From Felis catus (taxonomy: Eukaryota): a stretch of DNA of 64,000 nucleotides. Position numbers and translations under genes: made by a program. Under the pieces are notes generated by a model. The model did not search any database, was not told the origin of the DNA, and saw only the letters and a program-made list of their open reading frames with translations. Below are positions 48,876-59,034 of this stretch, one piece after another. How positions within the stretch are numbered: the stretch's first letter is position 1; every line of letters begins with the position of its first letter. The DNA is taken from positions 124,001 to 188,000 of the forward strand of contig NC_058369.1 of the NCBI RefSeq assembly GCF_018350175.1, given 5' to 3'.

Positions 48876-49079
48876 GCTAGAGCTGCAAGAAGAAACCGTC
48901 ACTTGCCAGGCTCAGCTTCCACTGAGTGGCCCTCGTTCTCAGGTGTGCTCCTGTCACCTTGGGCCCACCCAGGCTGACAGGCTAATCACGGCAAGTCCAG
49001 AGGGTGAGAGCTGCTTTGGAGAATCCCCACGGAAGAGGTTCCAGACCATGGTCTTCATTGAGCTGACTTCCTGAGCACC

Positions 49080-50340
49080 ACGGGAGCCCGTAGCCCCTCT
49101 GCTGGCCTTGGGGGCCTGTGTGCAGGTGAGTGGGAGCCAGAGCAAGATGGGGACGGCCCCTGACTGTCAACTTGAACCTCTCAGGAAACAGGGACTTGGG
49201 GCCACTGCTAGGCTAGTAACATCAGGTGTCTGGGGCCTCGGAGCTGAGGTAGCAACGTCACAGGAGGGGGTGGGGCCCCTGCCCCTAACCTGGCTCTCTC
49301 CCCAGGGGCAACACCCTTGAGATTCACATCACCACAGGGTCTGCCCCCCACTCCTCGCCCATACTGGTCTCGCTGCAGAAAGCTAGAGCCCGCCTGTGCA
49401 GAGCTAGGGGGCAGTCCTCATGCGCTCAGGACTGTGCCTCCCACCTAGCCACAGGGGCAGAGCTGACCCACGAGGGTGGCAAAGTCCACACCAGAGGAAC
49501 CTGGGGCCTGCATGCCATGGTGAAGCCCCCAGATAAACCCACCCTGGAGCCAGCACCAAAGACCCCAGACTACACTGGTTCGGGTAACCAAAAGGCCCCT
49601 GTTGCCTCCTGTAATGCAGAGTCTGGGAAGACACAAGCGTCAGGCACAGCTGGATCCCAGTGCTCACAAGAGGTCCTCACGAACCTGCCGCCTCTCAGCC
49701 GTGGGATCATGAAGGCTTTCTCTCCCGGCGGCAAGGATGGCTGCCCCTCGGGTCCCATGGAAAGCGCTTGTTTCTAGTGCCGCTGGACCCAGCCTAGGTT
49801 TCATGCTGGCCTCTGGACAAATCACTGGTTGAGGCAGAGCCCACGCACGGGGCAAGGCCGGAGCCTCTGACGAGGGGAACCCAGCCAGGGGCTTGGCGTT
49901 TTGGGACACACGCCTTCTGGAGTTCGGGGCAGCGGTGGGAACAGGGGAAGACTGGCCAGACAGGAGCCAGGAGGGGGCTGCAGGCTGCGGGGCGTCCCCA
50001 GGACACAAGAGCAGCCTTATGCGCAGCATCAGGGCCACGGCCCAGCACCCAGAGTACAACTGGCCTCCAGTATGGAGAACACCTTCAAGATGTTCAAGGT
50101 GCTGGGGGCAGGTTGGAGGGGTAACAGCTTGCATCCCAGGACCCCCTCCCCCAGCTTTCCCATCCTCCACTGCTCTCCTCCCCCCATCCCCACTCACCTA
50201 CCCCTTCCTGTCACCTGTAGCAGGACCAGAGGCTCCTGGCCTTGCCCCAGTGTCCACAGGAGCCCAGTGCAACATAGCAGGCTGGGTGCTGACCCTCCGG
50301 GGTGGGCCCCCACCAGGGCGCTTCGGGGCCGGGCCTGCAA
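49080..50340 (+). pseudogene. GZMM: Granzyme M pseudogene remnant (exons 1-4 partly recognisable)
   Basis: Syntenic slot between CDC34 and BSG. Exon 1 49080-49125 (caccACG in place of ATG; LLALGA; CAG|GTGAGT); exon 2 from 49306 (GNTLEIHITTGSAPHSSPILVSLQKARARLC vs recalled ..QIIGGRE..PHSRPYM.SLQ....HLC); exon 3 about 49964-50098 (IRATAQHPEYN, frameshift, MENTFKMFK vs LENDLALLQ); exon 4 about 50221-50340 (TGAQCNIAGWVLTLRGG vs AGTRCSMAGWGLTHQGG). Confidence 0.85.
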
Positions 50341-50354
50341 ATGCTGAACATCCA

Positions 50355-50830
50355 GAGTGTGTAATTCAGTGGGTGTTCGTACATTCAGCGGGTTGTGTGA
50401 CCAGCACCTCTGGAACATTCCATCTCCCCGGAAAGCAACTCTGTCCCCACACAGTCACGCCCCACCGCCCAGCCCCTCCCCCACGAACCCCCTTCCGTCC
50501 GTGGATGAACCTGTTCTGGACGTTTCACACACATGGACTCACACCCCCGTGTGGCACCTCGCGTCTGGTTCCCTCCCTGAGCGTCGTGTGTTCAGGGTCT
50601 GTCCGTGGGGCAGCGGGGGTGGGCGCCTGGCTCCTGCTCGCACCTGAGGGGCATGAACCTTTCGCAGTGGACGTCCACCTTTTGTGTGTGTCCATCCACC
50701 TGCCGATGGACATTGGGGCTGTTTCATTGGCTGCTGTGAACTGCCTTGAAGCACTTGTCTGCCCACACGCGCCCATTAGGACCGAGGTCCCCACTGGTTT
50801 TGCAGGAAGCTATGGTTTTTATTGTTCTTC
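50355..50830 (-). mobile_element. Old L1M 3'UTR (antisense), GC-shifted, abutting the GZMM exon 4 remnant
   Basis: aattcagtgg...gttgtgtgaccagcacctct...gaacattccatc...cctgttctggacgtttcac...atccacctgccgatggacattggggctgtttc. Confidence 0.7.
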
Positions 50831-51169
50831 AACAGACATCCTCAGGTGAGACTGCATTTAGAGGTGTGCTCCCAGGCACCAAGCAGCCTCCTCTTCCTTC
50901 GCGCCGAGGCCTCGAGCCTCGTCAGGGGTCTGGCATGGCTCCATCTGGCTGCAGATTAGGGGAGGCCTGCCTGCTGCTGTCCCGGGAGAAGGCTTATCTC
51001 CCCGCCTGGCTGTTCCTTCCTGGCCCAGCAGGGCTCCTCCCCCCGCCCCCCCCCCCCCAACTGACCCCCAGGTGAACGGGAGGCCACCAACAGGAATAAG
51101 CAGGTGCCCCACCCTGCCTGCCTGGGGACTCAGCACCCGCCCAAGGTGGTCTCTGATGCTTTGATGACA

Positions 51170-51440
51170 TAGTGTGATCTAGGGCATCAAAGCCACACAG
51201 CAGGAACTCAGAACAATGGGACTCTATCTTCCCACATCCTGGGGCCAAAAGTCAGAGATCGAGGTGGGCTGGGCTCCCCGCCTCCAAGGGCTCCAGCGGG
51301 GAGGGTCCTTCCTGCCTCCTCCAGCTCCTGGAGGCCCCAGGTCTCCCTTGCTTGTGGCTGTGTCAATCCCGAGTCTGCCCCCATGATCACATGGCCCCTG
51401 CTCTGGGTCTGTGCCAGAATAACCCTTTCGTCCGGATGTC
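51170..51440 (-). mobile_element. MLT1-like LTR
   Basis: caaagccacacacagcaggaactcagaacaatgg...gggtccttcctgcctcctccagctcctggaggccccagg, closely similar to 27640-27760. Confidence 0.65.
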
Positions 51441-51769
51441 AGCCGTAGGATAGGGCCTGCCCTGCCCGCTGCCGGCCCTCTTCTCAGGCCCCTCTCCCCT
51501 GGGCGGCTCTGATGTCTCCCTAGAACACAACAGAGGAACGGGCCGCCCTGGCTCAAACCCCTCCCAGGGCTCCCTAACACCAGAATAAGACCTGCCCTGT
51601 CCTCCTTCAGTCACTGCCTGGAGGGGGTGGATTTCAAAGCTCCCCCTTTCGGGAAAATGCACATAAAAAACTAAGCCGAAACATTTTAGCAGTGGACAGA
51701 TGGGTAACAGAATGAAAGTCTGATGTCATCTCCTCATCTATGAGTTTGAGGGTTGGTTTTTGTTTTGTT

Positions 51770-51880
51770 TTGTTTTTTACGTTTATTTAAGTGACCTCTA
51801 AGCCCAAAGTGGGGCTTGAACTCACAACCCTAAGGTGAAGAGCTGCAAACACCTCTGACTGAGCTGGCTGGGCGCCCCTG
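51770..51880 (-). mobile_element. Short CanSINE (antisense)
   Basis: ttttttacgtttatttaagtgacctctaagcccaaagtggggcttgaactcac...gggcgcccc. Confidence 0.8.
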
Positions 51881-52434
51881 AGAGGTTTTGGAAGAAAAAG
51901 CAGAAGGCAAATGAACCAGAGCAGACGCCGTGTCCTGTGATGGGGCAGGGGTGGCATGCTGGGGCTGAGGTCCTGAAGACACGCTGCCCGGGACAGTCTG
52001 GTGGTCACTGGGGTGCAGGGAGGGAGCCAGCGGCACCACACCACACGGCAGGACTCCGAGGCAGGACACGGGCCAGTGAGGCCTGAGGGGTCGGCAGGGG
52101 CAAGGTTTGCGGGTCTCCAGAGATGCTGCATCAGAGGACGGGCTCCTTGCCTTCTTCGCACCCCCAGCCCGGCTGCTGCACAGAGCAAAGCTGCAGAAAC
52201 AGGCCAGAGAGCTGGGCTGCTTCCTTGCCTTTCTGTCTGAGGAAGACGTCCAGATCCGGAACCTGGGACCGTCCCAGTGAGGGTGCAGGCCTAGAGGCCA
52301 GGGGTGGGGGCGCGGAGTGAGGAGGGTACCCTGTGTCCCTGCTCTCACACACAGGTGGGTTGGACACGAGGTCACAGAAGGGACCAGTGCAAATGAGGGA
52401 AATGACAGTGGGTGATGAAGCTGGGCTGCTTTTG

Positions 52435-52592
52435 AGCAGATCAGATATAGAACAGATACATTTTAGCATAAGTCTACCCCAGATACTGCATGGGATAGAC
52501 TAATACTTTTAAAATCACTTTTTTTTTTTTTTAATCTGAAATTCAAATGTACCTGGGTGTCCTGCCTTTCTATTTGCTAAATCTGACAATGG
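52435..52592. mobile_element. MER53-like MITE
   Basis: tcagata...tagcataagtctacccc...atctgaaattcaaatgtacctgggtgtcctgcc...tttgctaaatctgacaa. Confidence 0.6.
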
Positions 52593-53329
52593 AGTGGCCC
52601 TAGAAGGCTTCTCCTGCCCCAGGTGGGGCCAGGACTGAGCAGCAAAGGGATCCATCTGACCAGTGGGAGGAGACAGGGAAGACTTTCCAGAGAGGGAACC
52701 AGAAAACTGGGCCTTGGAGAGGACACAGCTTGGTTTTATAAACAAAAGCAAAGACTGCCTGGTGGCCCTAATATTTCCCACGAGATGTGTCCTCAGCCCA
52801 GCCCAGGGAGGGCAGGAAAGGGGGCCGTGGAATTCTATCCAGGCCAGAGGGACTTTGAAGCCAGCTGGCTGCTTTCCGCCTCATTCCGCACGTAGCCCTT
52901 GAGCCCCGACACTGCCTCCTCCCCACTCCCGACCGGCTGTTCTCAGACTTGCAGCTCACCTCCCGCGGCTGCTGCCTCTCTGAACAGCACAGCCTTCAAG
53001 AAGCGGCTCCAATCTAGAGCAGCCCTCCCTTTACCCACAAGGGGCAGAAAAGTTTCCCTGCTTCCCTTTCAGGTGCTTTGGCTGCTCCAATGATTAATGG
53101 ATGTGAGACAGATGAGCAGGAGAAAAACAAGCAGAAGAAGTTTAGTAACACATGTACTGAATGGGAGACAGTCGCGAAAACCGAGTGACACTCAGAAGTA
53201 CGGAAGCCATCACCTTCAGAGAAAGCCAAAGATGACGCTGGGGGTGGGGAGTGTGTTATGGGAGGTGACCCGGAACCGCACGGTAGACGGGGGCAAGGCT
53301 GCAGCACGTTCAACTCCTGCCTCCCCTCC

Positions 53330-53638
53330 TTACAGGTTTCTGAAGGGACACACCCTGACACAGGGACTTTCCCTTGTGAATGTGAATGTTTCTTGCAAAA
53401 GGGTAACTGCTGCTCGACTTTTCAGAGCATCTCAGGTATCTGCGGCTCTTAAATATCCAGTTGAAAACAATCAGGATGCACAGGAGGGACGCGGTGCCCC
53501 ACCTGGCTGTGACCGGCACTCCCTGATGGCTCACGATGGCCGGCGTCTCCTCATGGGCTTGTTGTCCATTTGTAGGTCTTCTTTGGAGAAGCGTTGTATT
53601 CAGACCCTTCATCCATTTTTTTTTTTTTGATACTGATT

Positions 53639-53693
<55 letters not shown>

Positions 53694-54075
53694 AGGGGAG
53701 GGGCAGAGAGAGGGGGGACAGAGGGTCTGAAGCAGACTCAGTCCTGATAGCATCAAGCCCAACGCAGGGCTCAAACCCATGAACCACGAGATCGTGACCT
53801 GAGCCGAAGTCAGATGCTCAACCACCTGAGCCACCCAGGCACCCCTATTTGTACTTGTTTTAAATTGAATTGTAAGTGTTCTTTATATTGGATGTGAGTC
53901 TCTTATCAGATCTATGATTTCCCAGTGTTTTCTCCCATACTGTGGGTTGATTTTTCACTTCCTTCTTGGTGTTCTTTGAAACACAAAGTTTTTAATTTTG
54001 ATGAAATCCTATTTATCTATTTTCTTATTGTTGCTCAGGCTTTTCGTGTCACAAGTAAGAAACTACTGCCTAACC
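53330..54075 (-). mobile_element. Old L1M fragment (antisense), SINE-interrupted
   Basis: ttgtccatttgtaggtcttctttggagaag...tcttatcagat...ttttctcccatactgtgggttg...aagtttttaattttgatgaaatcc. Confidence 0.75.
53618..53845 (-). mobile_element. CanSINE (antisense) with (GA)n, inserted in an old L1
   Basis: (ga)n 53642-53688, ends ccacccaggcacccc. Confidence 0.9.
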
Positions 54076-54157
54076 CAAGATCATGAACAATAGACTACCT
54101 GTTTTGTTTTGTTTTGTTTTTTGAAATTATTTTGTCATTTAACAAGGTATTTGCTGT

Positions 54158-54520
54158 GGGGGCGCCCGGCTGGCTCAGTCAGAAGAGCATACGACTCTTG
54201 ATCTCAGGGTCATGAGCTCAAGCCCCGTGTTAGGCGTGGAGATTACTTAAAAATAAAATCTTAAAAAAATAGGGGCACCTGGGTGGCTCAGTCTCAGTTA
54301 AGCCCCCGACTCTTGGTTTTGGCTCAGGTCATGATTTGTGAGTTCAAGCCCCACACCGGGCTCTGCACTGACAGCTCAGAGCCTGCTTGGGATTCTCTCT
54401 CTCCCTCTCTCTGCGCCTCCTCTGCTAGTGCTCTCTCTCTCTCTCTCGCTCGCTCTCTCTCAAAATAAGTAAATAAATTTAAAAAGTTTTTAATAAATAA
54501 TCTTAAAAAATTAAAAAAGT
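54158..54520 (+). mobile_element. Two adjacent CanSINEs upstream of BSG
   Basis: Short copy 54158-54270 and full copy 54272-54520. Confidence 0.88.
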
Positions 54521-54547
54521 ATTTGTCGTAAAGCATGGGGAACCTCA

Positions 54548-54735
54548 GGATGGGTTTTCCAGACAAAATACAGGACAGCCAGTTGGTGTGAATTTCAGAT
54601 AAACAGCGAATGTTCTTGCACAGCCACGTCCATATGTTGCACGGGATACTTACATTTAGAAATTACTGGCTCTCCACCTGAAATCCACACTTAACTGCCA
54701 TCCAGGTATTTTTATTTGCTAAATCTGGCAGCCCA
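54548..54735. mobile_element. MER53-like MITE
   Basis: gggttttccagacaaaatacaggacagccagtt...aatttcagataaac ... ttttatttgctaaatctggcagccc. Confidence 0.65.
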
Positions 54736-54899
54736 CCCCAGCCCAAGGCACACATCGCACCTGTTCACAGGGATCCCCACCGCCTCCCTTAACGCTTTGT
54801 TTCTTTTCCGTATTGTGGTAAGATGCACATAACATAAAGCGAGTATTTTAACCTCTACAGAGCACGCACTTACCTGTTCTGTCATCACACTCCGAGAGG

Positions 54900-55700
54900 C
54901 TGAGGAAACAGAGGCGGGGCCCAGCCCAGCCCTCGCAGGCCCCGCCCCCGTTTCCTAGCAACGAAACCACGCCCCTAGCCCGTGAGGCGTGGCCGCCAGC
55001 GTCACGTGGCACCGCCGCAGCGCCCGCTCGGGCCGACGCGTGCGTATGTGCGTCCGCGCGCATGCGCAGGGGGCGGCTGGCGTGCCGTGCGCGCCCCCGC
55101 CCCGCCCCGCCCCGCGACGTTGCCCTGCGCGCGCGCGCCCGGCCCCTCCCCGTTCTTATAGTGCCGCGGGCGGCGGTTGGTGGCGGGGACGGCACGGACG
55201 GGGGCGACATGGCGGTGCGGCAGCTCGTGGTCCTGGCGCTGGCGCTGCTGAGCGCCGAGGGCGGCTCGGGAGCAGGTGAGGGTCCTGCCCGGCGCGGGTG
55301 GAGGCTCAGCCGCGGCAGCGGGGGCCCGCCAGGCGGCCCTGCAGGTGGAGTCCCTAAACCCCGGCGGCCGGGGAACGCGAGGGGTCCGAGGGCTGGCCTG
55401 ACCCCTGGGTGACGGGACCTGGGGTGGGGTCTGGAGGCGGAGCCCCGCCCTTCCGCCGTCCCCGCGTCCGGCGGCGGAGGCCCGGGCCGGAGTCCAGGAG
55501 CGGCCCCCTCTCAACCGGCGGGGTCCGCGCCCGCGGCGTGCCAGTGCCACCGCGGGGTGCATTGGCGCGGCCCCGGGATCCCGCGAGCCCTGGCGAAGCC
55601 TGTGCGGCCTGGAGCGGTGGCCGCCTCCACAGGCCCTCACGTGGACGCTGGAACCAAGGACTGAGGAATGCCCGCCCCTGAAGCCGGTGGGCTGTCTGGC
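54900..55700 (+). promoter_or_regulatory. BSG: BSG CpG island/promoter
   Basis: X-box GTTTCCTAGCAAC 54950-54962, E-box TCACGTGG near 55001, NRF1-like GCGCATGCGCA 55058-55068, GC boxes, TTATA near 55156. Confidence 0.85.
55209..55275 (+). CDS. BSG: BSG (basigin/CD147) exon 1, signal peptide
   Basis: MAVRQLVVLALALLSAEGGSGA-G, donor G|GTGAGG; 67 nt. Confidence 0.93.
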
Positions 55701-57954
55701 ACAGGAAGGGATTGTCATTCTTCCCAGGATTTAGGTCCCATGTCTGGCTCTGGGTAGGCACCTGCCCCCTGGTGTTTGCCCAAACGCTGAAACCTCCGGC
55801 AGGAAGCCAGCACGCTCTGCTTCCTTTGGTTTTGTCTGATTCCAGGCCACAGAATGAGGTGGCAGCTGGTCCACCCTCCTCTAACAGGAGTGGAAACTGA
55901 GGCCCAGGGCGGGAGGGGACGTGTTCCAAGGTCACCGTGAGGTCGCTTTGGCAGCCCAGTTCTGGGCAGGATGTGTTGAGAGGGTGTTTTTAACGGAGTC
56001 ACGAACAGCACTTATTTCTGGGAGGTCTGCACCGTGTAGAGAACGCTCAGGGGAAAATGGATCAAAGCGTATTTTTCAGGGGAAAGCGGGACAGCCTCTC
56101 TTTTGCCTGATAGAAATTTTCTTCCTTGATCGAGACTTCCCGTTTTGTTCTGGGTTAAAGATTTATAGTGATGGGCATGTAGGGAACAAAGTGCAGAGAA
56201 GGGTCTGGGGAGGCAGGAGTGCAGGGTCACGGTGTCTGCTGGGGGTGGGGGGCAGGAGGAGCTGCCTCTTGTGGGAGCTTCACCCACTTACTCCTGACCC
56301 ACTTCAGGAGCTCAATTGGCCTCTTTCCTCTTCCTTATGATCAGAACGGCCGTTCATTGAACGCCTCTGGGCAAGGCCTTGGCGCCTGGCGTGCACATGG
56401 CTCACTGCCCGCCAGCGGGTCCCTGGCCGCTGGAGCCCTTCAGGAATAGCTCTCCCTGGCGGGAGGTGGCCACGGACGGCCCCGGGGACGGCGGCGGGGG
56501 GGCGGGGGTAAGGAAGTCTCTGCGTTTGCTCCTCCCGTCAGGGGGATGCCCTGGGTTAGCGCCTTTTCACCTGTTTCCTGGGACCAGGCACCGAAGCTGT
56601 AGCTGGAAGCCCTGCGTCTCGCGTAGGGTGTGTGTGCTGGGGAGTCTAGGTGTGTCTGTGCCGTGTCTGAATCCACCTGGGACCTTTTTACTTTGTCACC
56701 TTTCCCGGGGACCCTCACAAATACCATGCGTCCCTTTTCTGCTGGGACGTGTGAATTAGTGACCGTGTTCACCTCCCGTGGCTGGGTCAGCTAGCTCCCC
56801 AGAAACTTGTTTCAGGAGCTCTGCCAGGGGGACCCCTGCTCTCCCTGGGACTGTCCAGGGCCCCGCTGTCCTGGTGCACCAGGTTGGGAGGGCACACATG
56901 GGCACCAGGTTGCTAGCTGGGTCCTGCGGGCTGGTGATTTGGCCCGAGCCTCAGGTGAAGGGAGCAGGAGCGGCCTCCTGGCCAGATGGAGGGGAGGGGA
57001 GGGTGGAGAGGCCCAGAACCCACCCCTGGCATCCCAGAAATGTTCTCTTGCTCCTCCTACCTGAGTAGAGCTGCTGAGTTGGGTGGGGAGGAGGGTGGGT
57101 GCCGGGAGCCTCAGTCTCATCCCCAGCTCGTGGGCTGTTTCCCATAAGGCCTGCCTGGCCCTGTGCCCTGCCCAGCAGCCTGAGGTCAGGGAGGAGGGGT
57201 GGCTGTTTTTAGATGAAGGTGACTTTACTTGAGAACGTGGGTCACAGTCACATGGCCAAAATGGGGGGGGGGGTCAAATGTTCTCCCTTGTTCCTCCTTC
57301 CTGTCCCTGTGGCCCTTAGGGTCCCTGTGAATTCCGCGGGTGCCCTCCCCCCTCAATCTGCTGGGCCAGGTGGGGCGTGTCTCAGTTCCCTGCTGTGTGC
57401 TACCCTCAGGTCAGGGCAGGGGTGTCAGCCTGTGGTTCCTCGGACGAGGGAGGAGGGAGGCAGGGTGGGGGAAGCTGTGCCCCGGCCCTCACTGCTCCCG
57501 CTGGTGGAAGTGGCCCTCAGGCCTGTGGCCTTTGGGCGACTTCTTTCTCTCCCAGGGAGGCAGGGCGCGGCTGGGTAAGATCGGACTGACCTTTCTAGCA
57601 GCCTCTGGGTGAGGGGACAAGGGCACAGACGCGAGGCTAGGAGGAGAGCATTCTCTGGCTTCACTTCCTGCCCTGACTCACCCTCCCGGCTCTGCACCGG
57701 CTGTTGGGTTTTGCAATCTTGGGAAATCTTGACTCCTGAGAAATGTGGGTTGCCGGGAGGTGATCCTTCTGAAGAGACAGCACAGCCACAGAGGGCTCAG
57801 GGCAGCCACAGAGCCCCAGCTTCACCCTTCTGCCGGCTTGGGATTGTGCCTGTTTTGAGTCCTGTGAATGGGCTTTGGGCCACCCCAGGGGCAGGCATGA
57901 AGGTCCACCTTGCCCCAGAGCAGTAGCCCGCGCCCTCCGATACGGACTTGAAGC

Positions 57955-58175
57955 CGTAAGTGTGTGCACGCACGTGTCCCTATGTGTGCTTTGGGTGTGT
58001 GTCTGCACACACGTGTATACGTCTGTACTCACGTGTCGTGTGTATGTGTCTGAACCCATGTGTCCACGCGTGCATACACGTGCTGTGTGTGTGTGCACGC
58101 CCGTGACCACCCCCGTGTGTGTGCACGCGTGCGTGTGTGTGTGGTGCTGTGTGCGTGTGCTGCATGTGCGTGCAC
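57955..58175 (+). repeat. Alternating purine-pyrimidine (TG/CA/CG) tract in BSG intron 1
   Basis: gtgtgtgcacgcacgtgt... cryptic dinucleotide repeat of about 220 bp. Confidence 0.85.
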
Positions 58176-58664
58176 GCGCCAAGGGTGGGTAGTGCCTAGG
58201 GCAGCGGAGAGGAGCCTCCCTGTAGCTCCTGTCTGGCTGCTGCTGAGCTGTCTGCCTCTTCCCCTGCCCGTCTAGAGTCCTGAGACCTTGTGTCCTGCCC
58301 TCCGCTGGCCTCAGGTCCTGCCTCTTCCACACAAAGAGGCCACCGCTCCCCAGACTGGAAGTGCCTGCCTGTGGCCAGTCTGTAGCAGGGCAGGGGAGGG
58401 GAGGGTTCAGTGATCTCTCTCCAGTAAAGCTTGCCTGCTGCCCTTTGGGTCAGGTTAAATTTTCTTAATGACCGACCCGGTCTCTGGACGGGAGAGCCTG
58501 CTTCTTGTCGCTGCTTCCTTCGCACTGTGGCTTTTTGAACACAGTCTCCCATTCCGATTTTTCACCCGGTTTTGTGCTGCAGGCGTCTCCCTGCAGACTG
58601 GATGGAAAAGAAGCTTATTGCCAATAGCCCCGGGATGGATCTCTGTGCCCAGATCATCTGGGCG

Positions 58665-58945
58665 TGGTCTTCTAGAAGGGACGCCTCTGGGGCATATGTC
58701 ACCGGGGAGGCGGGGAGGCGAGCTGGGGACAATGTGGAATTCCAGGATGATGGCACCAGAGCGTCCCTGTGACACCTGCCCTGAGCCCCGGGATGGGGCT
58801 CTGGCGTGCACAAGGATGGGTCTGCCGCTTCACCGATGCCCAGTGTCTGGTGTGGAGGGAAGTGGGGGGGGTCCTCCTGGTTCGTTCTCATAGCTTCATG
58901 CCCCTCACCTTCGACCCTGGGTCCCCTTGAGCGCCTGACGGTCTC
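58665..58945 (+). pseudogene. Possible degenerate remnant of the retina-specific BSG Ig0 exon
   Basis: Position in intron 1 fits; RPCDTCPEPRDGAL resembles recalled human GPNDTCSQLWDGAR; GAATTCCAG (EFQ vs EIQ) upstream in another frame; similarity is weak and judged by eye. Confidence 0.35.
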
Positions 58946-59034
58946 TCTCCCTGAACTCTGGTCCCTGGAGGGCAGCCCTCCCTGGCTCAAGCCTCCTTGC
59001 CTCAGCAGGCTTCTTACCGTCTGGTTCTAAGTGA

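Noticed and set aside
49893-50849. 318-aa ORF as an intact gene
   Set aside because: It is a chimera of GZMM exon 3/4 remnants, intron and GC-shifted L1 sequence, with no ATG start or catalytic triad
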